NCBI GenBank assembly: GCA_050950505.1
Contig: JBMNHS010000001.1
Span: forward strand, 832,001 to 896,000
Reading direction: 5' to 3'
Length of the DNA: 64,000 bases
DNA from: Candidatus Methanomethylophilaceae archaeon
GTDB lineage: Archaea; Thermoplasmatota; Thermoplasmata; Methanomassiliicoccales; Methanomethylophilaceae
Of this stretch, positions 30,212 through 39,456 are shown piece after piece (within the stretch, counting starts at the first letter, position 1; each line of letters starts with the position of its first letter). A model generated the notes under the pieces. That model ran no database searches, had not been told where the DNA came from, and saw only the letters and a list, made by a program, of their open reading frames with translations. The translations under genes and the position numbers were made by a program.

Positions 30212-30904
30212 ATGTCAGTTTTCAAAAACATAAAAAGTTCCGAAGTATTTCGGCTGAAGAATCTGATTGCGGAAGGAAAAGGCCAGACAATCAGTTACGG
30301 CATGCTGGACAACTCCGATGTCACGATTTACATGTATTTCTTTGACGAAGGAGAGGGAATAAGCGAGATGAAGTCCCCGTTCCAGAACCTGATCAAAGTT
30401 TTGGACGGAAGGTTGAGAATCGAAGGTGAATCAACCGCGAAGCTGGATGCCGGTGATATATATGTCGTGCCCCACAACACCGATGTGGTGATCACCGCCG
30501 CAAAATCTGTTAAGTACCTGAGCATATTACTTCCCATGGAAGGCCAACTTATCAAAAACATAGATCTGTCGACCAAACTGATGGCGAAGGAACTGATTGA
30601 TTACCGCCCCGGACAGGTTGCCAATCTGACTCTGGTGAACAAGCCCGGTCTCAACTTATCGGTCATAGCCATTGACGAGGGGGAAAGTCTCAAAACCCAC
30701 ACGGCCCCCGGCGATGCCATGGTCATTGCTCTTGACGGTGAAGCAAACATCACCATCGCCGATGAGGAATTCACCGTGAGGGAAGGCGAAACGATTGTCA
30801 TGCCCAAAGATATCCCTCATGCGGTGTTAGGAGTCACTCCGTTCAAGTTCCTGTTGGTTTTGGTGAAGGACGCCGAAGCGAAGAAACCGATAACCCCGAA
30901 CTGA
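30212..30904 (+). CDS. Bicupin protein
   Basis: Two cupin repeats; second retains HTAPGDA...IPH. Confidence 0.85.
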   Translation: MSVFKNIKSSEVFRLKNLIAEGKGQTISYGMLDNSDVTIYMYFFDEGEGISEMKSPFQNLIKVLDGRLRIEGESTAKLDAGDIYVVPHNTDVVITAAKSVKYLSILLPMEGQLIKNIDLSTKLMAKELIDYRPGQVANLTLVNKPGLNLSVIAIDEGESLKTHTAPGDAMVIALDGEANITIADEEFTVREGETIVMPKDIPHAVLGVTPFKFLLVLVKDAEAKKPITPN

Positions 30905-31017
30905 TCGGAAACAGATTGTCAATCAAACATTTTAGTCAATTTATTATATTTATAAGTCTGAATATAAATATAATCTGCAAAGACGGTTTTCAGTGTCAAA
31001 TCTGTTAAAAAGAAGAG

Positions 31018-31090
31018 TGCGGATGCCGGGATTTGAACCCAAGTTCTAACCTTGGCAAGGTCAAGTGATAACCAGCTACACCACATCCGC
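31018..31090 (-). tRNA. tRNA-Gly(GCC)
   Basis: GCGGATG/CATCCGC acceptor stem, TTGCCAA anticodon loop, TTCAAAT T-loop; upstream TATA. Confidence 0.9.
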
Positions 31091-31172
31091 GGATAAATTC
31101 TTGATTGGGTTTTTCAATATATACTTTTTCATCAATTTTGTAATCTCTTGGATTACAAAAGCGGAATAGCCA

Positions 31173-31763
31173 TCAATAGTAACCCAAAATGGCGGCTCTG
31201 GCAGTTACATGTTTCATCTCGGGGGCCTTTCTGTTTATCCCGATGATGGCACTGGAACAGCCCGCACCCGATTCTACATCGAAATGTTCCCTCAGCATAA
31301 TGTCCGTATATCTGCCGGGATAGAACAGCGAAGCGGATTCCACATCTGGATCGTCCTTAAGGAAATCAGTCTTTATCGGTTTCATGACAACGGCAACGGG
31401 ACATTCTGTGACTCTGTTGGAAAACAGCACAAAGTCTTCCGCAAGCCATATGTTATGGACACAGGCGGAATAGGTATCTTTCATGGAATGATCAATCATC
31501 TTACCTATTTCGATTCCCAGATTATCATAAATCACGATGGAGCCGTCCATGTGCTGTTCAAATAAACCGTTACTGAAAACACATACCACATAAGAACTTT
31601 CAAGACACACTTTTGCGGCCTGATTGTAAAATGGCATTCCCAACCATTCTCTGGCGAGGGATTCTTCTCTTATGACTCCGTAAAGAGTCTTTGCATCCAA
31701 TATGTGTGCCTCGGTGACATTCGGATGACTCTTGATTGTCTTCAAAGTGTTTGAGATTTCCAT
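31173..31763 (-). CDS. Hypothetical protein (paralog of 12616-13155)
   Basis: Intact ORF with its own operator/TATA; shared GMP, IWL-DFVL, FYP-TD motifs. Confidence 0.8.
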   Translation of the reverse strand: MEISNTLKTIKSHPNVTEAHILDAKTLYGVIREESLAREWLGMPFYNQAAKVCLESSYVVCVFSNGLFEQHMDGSIVIYDNLGIEIGKMIDHSMKDTYSACVHNIWLAEDFVLFSNRVTECPVAVVMKPIKTDFLKDDPDVESASLFYPGRYTDIMLREHFDVESGAGCSSAIIGINRKAPEMKHVTARAAILGYY

Positions 31764-31779
31764 TGGGGGTGTATTGTTG

Positions 31780-31798
31780 GATGGATATATAATCCATC
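31780..31798. promoter_or_regulatory. Operator box 2 (contains TATA of 31763 gene)
   Basis: GATGGAT-ATATA-ATCCATC perfect 7-bp arms. Confidence 0.75.
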
Positions 31799-31864
31799 TG
31801 TTTTAATCACCATGAATTTCATTCAATTCCGGGATGTCTGTTCAGATAAGTCCGATCCTTAAAT

Positions 31865-32611
31865 TCAAACCTTTTTGGTTTTTACCAGATAGTAATTGAT
31901 TGCATAAAACAGTAAACAGAACATAATCATAACGATAAACGAGAGAAGGGGGAAGTTCCACCCTAAAGCCCCGGCTCTTATACACTCGCTGGCGTGGGTG
32001 AGGGGAATCAGATACAACAATTTTTGGAATATATCAGGCAATATGGAGACCGAGAAAAACGTTCCGCACAGGAATGTCATGGGGAGAATCACGAATGTAT
32101 TGAAGACCGCCATGCTTTGATGGGTCTTCGCCAGCAATGCGGCCATTTCCCCCAACAGCGCGAAGGTCAAACAGGACAGCATGAGACAAGCGATGAACGG
32201 CAATGAAAATATCAGCTTATCAGTCAGGAGCAACCCCAAGAGAAAAATCAACAGACAACTTATGAGACCTCTGATGAATCCGAGAATAGCCTTGCCGATT
32301 ACTATCGAAGACGTTCGCAAAGGACAAATCATCATTTCATCAAAACTTCTGTAATACAGTCTTTGCACATTCAGACGGGTGGCGGTGGAAGAGAAAGAAG
32401 CGTTCAAAGAAGAAAGTGCCACAATACCGGGTATTATGAATGCGATGTACGGAACTCCATCCATCTCAACACCTTGACCCATTCCGTATCCGAAGGCAAT
32501 CAGATAAAGTACCGGACTGACAAGAGTCATGGCCATGATGCTGACGAAGTTATGTCTCATGAAACGCAAATCGCCCCATGCCACACTGTAAATCTCCTTG
32601 AGTCTTCCCAT
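31865..32611 (-). CDS. ABC-2 type exporter permease (NodJ/DrrB-like)
   Basis: YIAFIIPG, PMTFLCGTFF, PLTH; about 6 TM segments. Confidence 0.9.
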   Translation of the reverse strand: MGRLKEIYSVAWGDLRFMRHNFVSIMAMTLVSPVLYLIAFGYGMGQGVEMDGVPYIAFIIPGIVALSSLNASFSSTATRLNVQRLYYRSFDEMMICPLRTSSIVIGKAILGFIRGLISCLLIFLLGLLLTDKLIFSLPFIACLMLSCLTFALLGEMAALLAKTHQSMAVFNTFVILPMTFLCGTFFSVSILPDIFQKLLYLIPLTHASECIRAGALGWNFPLLSFIVMIMFCLLFYAINYYLVKTKKV

Positions 32612-33480
32612 CAGTTTTTCACCGTCCTTCCGGTAAGTTCGACGAAACAATCTTCCAGATTTGTTCTTCTGATCAGAATTTCTCCGTTGGTCATACTGTT
32701 GCCGTATTCGGACGCGGAAGCCCGGTCGGGAAAATATTTGTAGACTGATTTACCGTCGGGATCGGTTGCCACGACGGTGAATTTACCTAAACTTTCCGAC
32801 AGATCCGACGGAGTGCCGTCGGCGATTATTTTGCCGTTGTCTATTATGCCGACCCTGTCGCACAGAGCCTGAGCCTCTTCGATGTAGTGAGTCGTGAGAA
32901 ATACGGTGGTGCCGTCTTTGTTCAGCAACCGTATGAGTTCCCAAAGCAAACGTCTGGCTTTAATGTCTAATCCGACAGTGGGTTCATCAAGGAATATGAT
33001 TTCCGGCGAGTGAATTATGGCACAAATTATGGAAACTCGTTTTTTCCATCCTCCGGACAAGGAGTCTATTTTGCTGTCGAGATATTCATCCAATGAGAAA
33101 TATTCGATAAGTTCCGCGATTCTTTCTTCTCTTTTATTTTTTGGAATTTGGTGCATCAACGCCCTGTGACGCATGTTTTCCATGACCGTCAAATCTTTGT
33201 CGAGGCTGATATGTTGCTGTATGACGCCTACGCTGACTTTTGCCTTCATAATGTTCTTTTTCAGATTGTGGCCGTTGATGATTACGGTCCCGCCGTCAAA
33301 GTCTGTCAATGTCGAGAGAATTCTTACTGCTGTCGTTTTTCCGGCTCCGTTAGGTCCGAGGAAGCCGTATATTTCCCCCCTCTTCACTTTCAGGTCGATG
33401 CCGTTCAATGCGACCTTCTGGTCGTATCTCTTCACAAGATTTTCAGCAATGATTATGTAATCTTCATCAGACATACCCAC
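32611..33480 (-). CDS. ABC exporter ATPase (NodI/DrrA-like)
   Basis: GPNGAGKTT, LSGGW, LDEPTVGLD, TTHYIEEA, LEDCFVELTG. Confidence 0.92.
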   Translation of the reverse strand: MGMSDEDYIIIAENLVKRYDQKVALNGIDLKVKRGEIYGFLGPNGAGKTTAVRILSTLTDFDGGTVIINGHNLKKNIMKAKVSVGVIQQHISLDKDLTVMENMRHRALMHQIPKNKREERIAELIEYFSLDEYLDSKIDSLSGGWKKRVSIICAIIHSPEIIFLDEPTVGLDIKARRLLWELIRLLNKDGTTVFLTTHYIEEAQALCDRVGIIDNGKIIADGTPSDLSESLGKFTVVATDPDGKSVYKYFPDRASASEYGNSMTNGEILIRRTNLEDCFVELTGRTVKN

Positions 33481-33523
33481 AAACCCCGTGCAAATCTCTC
33501 GCCGTATGCGTTAAGTCATATAC

Positions 33524-33542
33524 ATTGGATATATAATCCATA
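33524..33542. promoter_or_regulatory. Operator box 3 (exporter operon)
   Basis: ATTGGATATATAATCCATA. Confidence 0.75.
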
Positions 33543-33601
33543 TTGTGGCTGATCAATTTATGAATCTCCTATTCTGATGGAAATTCCATAACAATAAATA
33601 A

Positions 33602-33620
33602 ATTGGACTATATATCCAAT
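33602..33620. promoter_or_regulatory. Operator box 4 (importer ATPase 33644)
   Basis: ATTGGACTATATATCCAAT. Confidence 0.75.
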
Positions 33621-33643
33621 CAAGTGGCGGAGGATTCTGCGGA

Positions 33644-34501
33644 ATGAAAATCATTATCGATAATATCGAATTCGGATACACGAGCACACCCGTTCTTAGG
33701 AACATAGAATTGGATCTCGGGGGAGCACAACTCGTTTCGATATTGGGTCCGAACGGAGTGGGAAAATCCACCCTGATTCACTGCATAAACAATATTCTGA
33801 CTCCTTCATCGGGTGTGGTTACCGTCAACGGTAAAGACATAACTTCGTTCAAGCTCAAAGAATTGGCCAAAATCATGGGATACGTTCCTTACTCTTCATC
33901 GGACAGATTCCCCCTCACGGTAGTCGATACCGTTTTGATGGGAAGGCATCCCCACAGCAACTGGAAGTCCACGGAAAAAGATTTGGATGTGGTTTATGAC
34001 ACCCTGGAATTGTTGGGGATAGAGGATTTGGCCATGAGACCGTTCAATGAACTGAGTGCGGGACAACACCAGAAAGTCATGCTGGCCAGGGGATTCGCCC
34101 AAGAACCTAAAGTTCTGCTTTTGGATGAACCGACCTCGAATCTTGACATCCGGCATCAGATGGAAGTGACCATGCTTCTGAAGGAAATGTCCGTAAGAAA
34201 AGGAATTCTGGTCATAATGATAAGTCATGACATCAATATAGCCTCCAAATTTTCGGATAAAATGATATTGATGAGCGAAGGGACCATCTATTCCGTGGGA
34301 ACTCCGGGGGAAGTCATCACCGAAGACAACATACGCAGTGTTTACGGTGTCAATTCAAAAATCATAGATGACGAAGGAACACCTCACGTGATACTGCAAA
34401 ATCCCATAGGGGGATACAGGACCGAGTCCGCGGGAAGCGCAATCGAAAGCACTGTTTTGGACGTCCGTTCGGACAGTGGCGTGCCCGTCACCGGTCGGTG
34501 A
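33644..34501 (+). CDS. Fe-complex/cobalamin ABC transporter ATPase
   Basis: GPNGVGKST, LSAGQ, LLLDEPT, SHD. Confidence 0.92.
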   Translation: MKIIIDNIEFGYTSTPVLRNIELDLGGAQLVSILGPNGVGKSTLIHCINNILTPSSGVVTVNGKDITSFKLKELAKIMGYVPYSSSDRFPLTVVDTVLMGRHPHSNWKSTEKDLDVVYDTLELLGIEDLAMRPFNELSAGQHQKVMLARGFAQEPKVLLLDEPTSNLDIRHQMEVTMLLKEMSVRKGILVIMISHDINIASKFSDKMILMSEGTIYSVGTPGEVITEDNIRSVYGVNSKIIDDEGTPHVILQNPIGGYRTESAGSAIESTVLDVRSDSGVPVTGR

Positions 34502-37500
34502 CTTCCTCTATTCTCTCTTCGGTCTGCATGAATAATTCGGCTACGCGTCTCTTTTCATCTTCGGTCGCGTTCCAAAGACCTCTGTTTATGGCTTCCTGAA
34601 GACGTTCCAGTATACTCATCATGGCGAAAGGATTCTCATCCTTCATCCATTCCCGGGTATCCGTGTCTTCCAAAAATTTCTCCAATATGCCTCTGTACAT
34701 CCAGTCATCGCCGGCATCGGATGTGGCATCCCAACCGATCAGATATTCAGTGAGATTGGCAATTTCTGATACGCCTCTGTATCCGTGTTGTTTCAAACCA
34801 TCGAGATATTTGGGGTTGAAAACTTTGCTTCTGAATACGAAGCTCAATTCCTCTTCGGTGTGTCTTATTTTCGTATTTTCGGGATTGGAACCATCCCCGA
34901 TGACGGACATGGCGTCTTTGTTCCCGTAACTTTTTACGAATGCGTTCAGACCTCCGAGGTATCCGTAAACATCGTCAATGTCAATTACATCAAATTCCCG
35001 GTCGGGCATGTTTTTCACGGTTATCTCCGCACTGCCGAATCTTTGTATGAACTGATTTTTCATGGGCACACCCCGAAATTTGCGCCCGTAACCGTAACTT
35101 CCCCAGGCAACATATATGTCGGCCAGATCCTGAGCGGTTTCCCAATTTCCGGATTCAATGGCGTGATTTATTCCGGGTCCGTACATACCGGGCGCGCTCC
35201 CGAACACCCTTACAGAAGATTCCGCTCTGGCATCCTCCGCAGACATCCCCCTTTCTATTTTGTTCAGGATATCCTTTCTGAGATTGGCGGAAAGATAATT
35301 TTCCTCGTCGGTCTCGTCCAGTTCCGAAACAAGGTTGACGGCATCGTCTATCATGTCTATGAGATTGGGGAAAGTGTCCCTGAACAAACCTGTGATTCTT
35401 ACGGTAACGTCTATTCTCGGTCTTTTCAATTCACTGAGAGGGATTATTCCCAAATCGATTATTTGGCCTCCCGTGCGGGACCATACGGGTCTGACTCCCA
35501 TGAGCCAGAGTATGTATGCCATGTCATCCCCCCCGGTTTTCATTATATCGGTTGCCCATATTATGAAGGCGACGTCACGGGGATACGTTCCCTTTTCATT
35601 GACGTATTTTTCAATCATCTGATCTGCCATCCCGCATCCTACTTTCCATGACGCCCGGCTGGGGATGGCCCCGGGGTCGGTGCCGTAATAATTTCTTCCT
35701 GTCGGAAGTATGTCGGCGTTGCCCCGGGTCGGAGCCCCGGAAGGTCCGGGAAGGACAAAATTACCGGCCAGGGCATCCATGGTGAATTTTATTTCATCTG
35801 AAGTCTTTATCAAATTCGGAACCAACGTGTTGCACAGATATACCAGGGATTTCTCGAAATCTTCGGAAAGTTTTCCGTACGATTTTTCGGTTGCAGAAAG
35901 GCATTTTTCCAAATCGTATTCCAAATTTCTGAATTCGATGAGAAGTTTTCCGAATTCCATTTCTGCGTATTCGGCAAGTTCGCTGTTGAGTCTGCCTCCG
36001 GAGCCGAGGACGGAAGGATTCTTCAAACATTCCAATATATCGATTCCCAGCAGTGATGTGAAAGAATTTCTGAGGGACCGTATGTCTCCGTTGTCCATGC
36101 GAGTCAGGGAATACACCGCATCGTCCATACGTTCGTTTTCGGGTGCTTTTCCAAGTATATGCAATCCGTTTCTGATGATTGCGTCTTTCATGTCTGAAAT
36201 GTAATCGTGAAGTTTCGGCATATGGGTTTCAAAATCTTCGGCGTCGGTGTCGGTCAGCCCCAGATCCCCGAGCATATCGGCTTCTTTCACGGCTTCATAC
36301 ACGCTTTCCACCAGAGCGGTCTTTCGGTCTCCCTTAACGGTTCCTGACATTTTGAGATATTCTTGCAAAGGAACTTCTACGGAATCCAGATCGTCGTAAC
36401 CTCCGGCCCTGCCCAATATGGGGTTCATATGTCCGATAAGAACGGCCTCGGACCTTCTTTTTGCCTGTATACCCTCACCGGGGTCGTCGATTATGTAAGG
36501 ATATATATTGGGAAGCCCGTCCAACACCACATCCGGAAAACATTTTCCGGAGAGGCCCACATTCTTTCCGGGCAACCATTCCAATGTGCCGTGTGTGCCC
36601 ACATGTATAACGGCATTGGCTCCAAAATCATTCTGAATCCATCGGTAATATTCCAGATACTGATGGGGTATGGCGGCATGGGGATCGTGGTACAGGGATT
36701 CCATTTGTTCTGAGAGCCCCCTCATCGGTTGATATCCGATGAAGACGTTTCCCTTCAGAATGCCGGGAATGACAAATCGCCCTCCGTCCACGGATATTTC
36801 ACCCGGCGGCGGCCCCCAGCTCTTTTCCATCAAAATACGGTTGAATTCAGGAATCTTGTCATAATGGATAAGGTACTCTTTGTTGTTCACAAGAGCAATG
36901 GCTCTCTCTTCGACATCGCGCGTCGAAGTCCAGGAAATATCGTTGGTCACGCCGTCCAAAAATTCTTGAAGAAGACCTTTGCTGTTTTCGGGGAGAACGC
37001 CGACGTTGTATCCTTCATCTTCCATACTTTTCAAAAGACGGTACACACTTTCTATGGAATCCAGACCTGATGCGTTGCCTACGCGACCGGAGTCTTCGCG
37101 GGACTGCCACAGTAAAATGGCAACCTTTTTTTCTTTGGCGGGGGTATGGCGCAATTTGGCCCAATTCCTTGCCAATTTTACAAGGTGTTCTATTCGATCT
37201 GGTATGGGAAGCGCCCGTTTGGCCGTCATTAGGCCCTTGCCTACGGAACTAACGGGGACCGTGATGATTTGACCGTCGATTTCGGGATATGCAACCTGAT
37301 TTTTTATTTCATTTTTGTTCAACCCTTCCGACGAGGCCTCATAATCAAAATACCCTCCGCTGGCGGTCATTGCCTGGAAAACCGGGACGTTTGTCACGGC
37401 TTTGAAGAAATTGTCTTCGTCCTTTGTTTTCATGCCTTCGTCGGGCTCTCTGGAATTGAACAATTGTGAGAACGGAGAGTTCAGTATGATGGCGTCAACC

Positions 37501-38234
37501 AAGCATTCCCCGTTCCTGAAAAAATATTTTTTTACAAAATCAACGGTTTTCGTTGTACCCGCGCTGCTGCTCGTGACGGCAAAGAAAAAAGGTATGGCGT
37601 TCATTTTTTGTTTTTCGATTTCTCTGATTAAAGCATTTATGTGTTCCAAATTGTCATATATCCACAAGTTGGAAGTGAACATGATGCCAATTGCCGGTTT
37701 GGACAGGTCCAATTCCGAAATATAATCTTCAAAGGTAATGCCTCGTGGAAAATCCGGGTGGTATATTCCGTCGGTCGGCTGTTCAGCAATGTCGGGAAGA
37801 GGAAAGTCGGTTCCGTGCAGTATGTTGTGCAACCAGACAACGGGACCCTTTTCGTTTTCAAATCCTCTGGCGGCAAGATATCTGACCACGGTTTTGTATG
37901 ATTCGTCATCCCCCTTGAACAGATTCCGGTATATCATCGTGACATCGGAATTCCCGCTGATAAGCAATACATAAGCGGAACACTCCCTCAGAACTTTCTC
38001 GTATCTTTCAAATTTTTTGAACCTGTTCGGGTCGGACATGCACCTCACCAGTACCAAATCCGCGTCATTCGTATTTTTCACGAGTTCGTTGTACAGAAGG
38101 ACATCCTCATCCGCATCGTATTCGTTGTAACAGTGCAGTTCCAGTGAAAAACCGAATTCCGAAGCGACGGCTTCCGCAGGTTCGATCATTGTTTTTGAAT
38201 CCGTTGTCTGAATGGAAAGATTGACGATTTTCAT
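34488..38234 (-). CDS. cobN: CobN/ChlH-family chelatase large subunit
   Basis: PEIDG, HVGTHGTLEWLPGK, GEGIQAKRR, LPTGRN, RPRIDV, GLFRD; start MKIV at 38234. Confidence 0.92.
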   Translation of the reverse strand: MKIVNLSIQTTDSKTMIEPAEAVASEFGFSLELHCYNEYDADEDVLLYNELVKNTNDADLVLVRCMSDPNRFKKFERYEKVLRECSAYVLLISGNSDVTMIYRNLFKGDDESYKTVVRYLAARGFENEKGPVVWLHNILHGTDFPLPDIAEQPTDGIYHPDFPRGITFEDYISELDLSKPAIGIMFTSNLWIYDNLEHINALIREIEKQKMNAIPFFFAVTSSSAGTTKTVDFVKKYFFRNGECLVDAIILNSPFSQLFNSREPDEGMKTKDEDNFFKAVTNVPVFQAMTASGGYFDYEASSEGLNKNEIKNQVAYPEIDGQIITVPVSSVGKGLMTAKRALPIPDRIEHLVKLARNWAKLRHTPAKEKKVAILLWQSREDSGRVGNASGLDSIESVYRLLKSMEDEGYNVGVLPENSKGLLQEFLDGVTNDISWTSTRDVEERAIALVNNKEYLIHYDKIPEFNRILMEKSWGPPPGEISVDGGRFVIPGILKGNVFIGYQPMRGLSEQMESLYHDPHAAIPHQYLEYYRWIQNDFGANAVIHVGTHGTLEWLPGKNVGLSGKCFPDVVLDGLPNIYPYIIDDPGEGIQAKRRSEAVLIGHMNPILGRAGGYDDLDSVEVPLQEYLKMSGTVKGDRKTALVESVYEAVKEADMLGDLGLTDTDAEDFETHMPKLHDYISDMKDAIIRNGLHILGKAPENERMDDAVYSLTRMDNGDIRSLRNSFTSLLGIDILECLKNPSVLGSGGRLNSELAEYAEMEFGKLLIEFRNLEYDLEKCLSATEKSYGKLSEDFEKSLVYLCNTLVPNLIKTSDEIKFTMDALAGNFVLPGPSGAPTRGNADILPTGRNYYGTDPGAIPSRASWKVGCGMADQMIEKYVNEKGTYPRDVAFIIWATDIMKTGGDDMAYILWLMGVRPVWSRTGGQIIDLGIIPLSELKRPRIDVTVRITGLFRDTFPNLIDMIDDAVNLVSELDETDEENYLSANLRKDILNKIERGMSAEDARAESSVRVFGSAPGMYGPGINHAIESGNWETAQDLADIYVAWGSYGYGRKFRGVPMKNQFIQRFGSAEITVKNMPDREFDVIDIDDVYGYLGGLNAFVKSYGNKDAMSVIGDGSNPENTKIRHTEEELSFVFRSKVFNPKYLDGLKQHGYRGVSEIANLTEYLIGWDATSDAGDDWMYRGILEKFLEDTDTREWMKDENPFAMMSILERLQEAINRGLWNATEDEKRRVAELFMQTEERIEEVTDR

Positions 38235-38247
38235 AGTCCCGACTCTG

Positions 38248-38266
38248 ATTGGATAATACATCCTAT
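38248..38266. promoter_or_regulatory. Operator box 5 (cobN)
   Basis: ATTGGATAATACATCCTAT, one mismatch to the core consensus. Confidence 0.65.
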
Positions 38267-38384
38267 TCCGATATATAGTATCCTTTTTCTGAATTTGAAC
38301 GGAAATTTCGGAAGATATCAAACAAGTTCGGACACACCTTTCGGCGAACCGGCAAGAATCGGGAAAGAACCGTGAAAGACAATA

Positions 38385-38403
38385 GATGGATATATAATCC
38401 AAT
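38385..38403. promoter_or_regulatory. Operator box 6 (chlI-chlD)
   Basis: GATGGATATATAATCCAAT. Confidence 0.75.
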
Positions 38404-38427
38404 ATATGTTCTCCGTTTTGATTGGAA

Positions 38428-39456
38428 ATGACGGTCAAACAATATTTTCCCTTTGCGGCCATCGTGGGACAGGAAGAGATGAAACGGGCATTGCTTCTCA
38501 ATTTGGTCGACCCCGGCATAGGCGGAGTTCTCATCAAAGGGGAGAAAGGTACGGCAAAGTCCACCGCAGTACGTTCCCTCAGTCAGATTATGTCTGAAAA
38601 AACAGTTGTGGAGGGATGTCCTTTCGAATGCGGATACGACGGGGACCGGGGATATTGCCCTTATTGCGAAGAACGGTTGTCTGACGGTGAGGTGCTCAAC
38701 CCCGTATATGTAAAAACCAGAGTCGTCGAATTGCCGCTGAATGCCACCGAAGACCGCGTGGCAGGCACACTGGATGTGGAGCATATTCTGAAAATCGGTG
38801 AAAAGAAATTTGAACCGGGAATATTGGCGGACGCAAACGGCAATGTATTGTATGTGGACGAAGCAAACCTACTGGATGATCATATTGTGGATATGTTGCT
38901 GGACTCGGCAGCCATGGGCGTCAACTATATTGAAAGAGAAGGTGTGTCGTTTACCCATCCCGCAAGGTTTGTGCTGATAGGAACCATGAATCCGGAAGAG
39001 GGGGACATCAGACCTCAGCTGATGGACAGATTCGGCCTTTCCGTGGATGTCAGAGGCGAAAAAGACACGGAATCCAGGAAGGAAGTAATCAGACGCGGAA
39101 TAATGTTCCACGAAAATCCTGAAAAATACATCGAACTCTTTGCGGAAGACACAACGGAATTGAAAAATAAGATATCGGATGCCCGCAAACTCAGAACTTC
39201 GGTTACTTACAACGATGACGTTCTCGATGCTATCGTTTCGGTCACGACCCATTTCGGTGTCGACGGTCACAGGGCGGATATAACGCTATTGAAGGCGGCG
39301 ATTGCCAATGCGGCCTTGGAAGGCAGAAACAAAATCACGAAAGAAGACATATCGGTTACCGCACCCCTGGTCATTTCACATCGCATGCGCAGAAGACCTT
39401 TTGAAGAAACATCCTTCGACAAAGAGGAGCTCGAAGAATGCCTGAAGGCATTTTAA
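38428..39456 (+). CDS. chlI: Chelatase AAA+ subunit ChlI/BchI-like
   Basis: FPFAAIVGQ, GEKGTAKST, TEDRVAG, YVDE, MNPEEG, DRFG. Confidence 0.93.
   Translation: MTVKQYFPFAAIVGQEEMKRALLLNLVDPGIGGVLIKGEKGTAKSTAVRSLSQIMSEKTVVEGCPFECGYDGDRGYCPYCEERLSDGEVLNPVYVKTRVVELPLNATEDRVAGTLDVEHILKIGEKKFEPGILADANGNVLYVDEANLLDDHIVDMLLDSAAMGVNYIEREGVSFTHPARFVLIGTMNPEEGDIRPQLMDRFGLSVDVRGEKDTESRKEVIRRGIMFHENPEKYIELFAEDTTELKNKISDARKLRTSVTYNDDVLDAIVSVTTHFGVDGHRADITLLKAAIANAALEGRNKITKEDISVTAPLVISHRMRRRPFEETSFDKEELEECLKAF

Noticed and set aside
38235-38564. N-terminal extensions in the track for cobN (also valS, nikR, menG, asparagine synthase-like, 43649 permease)
   Set aside because: They overlap promoters, operators or neighbouring genes; downstream starts fit family N-termini.
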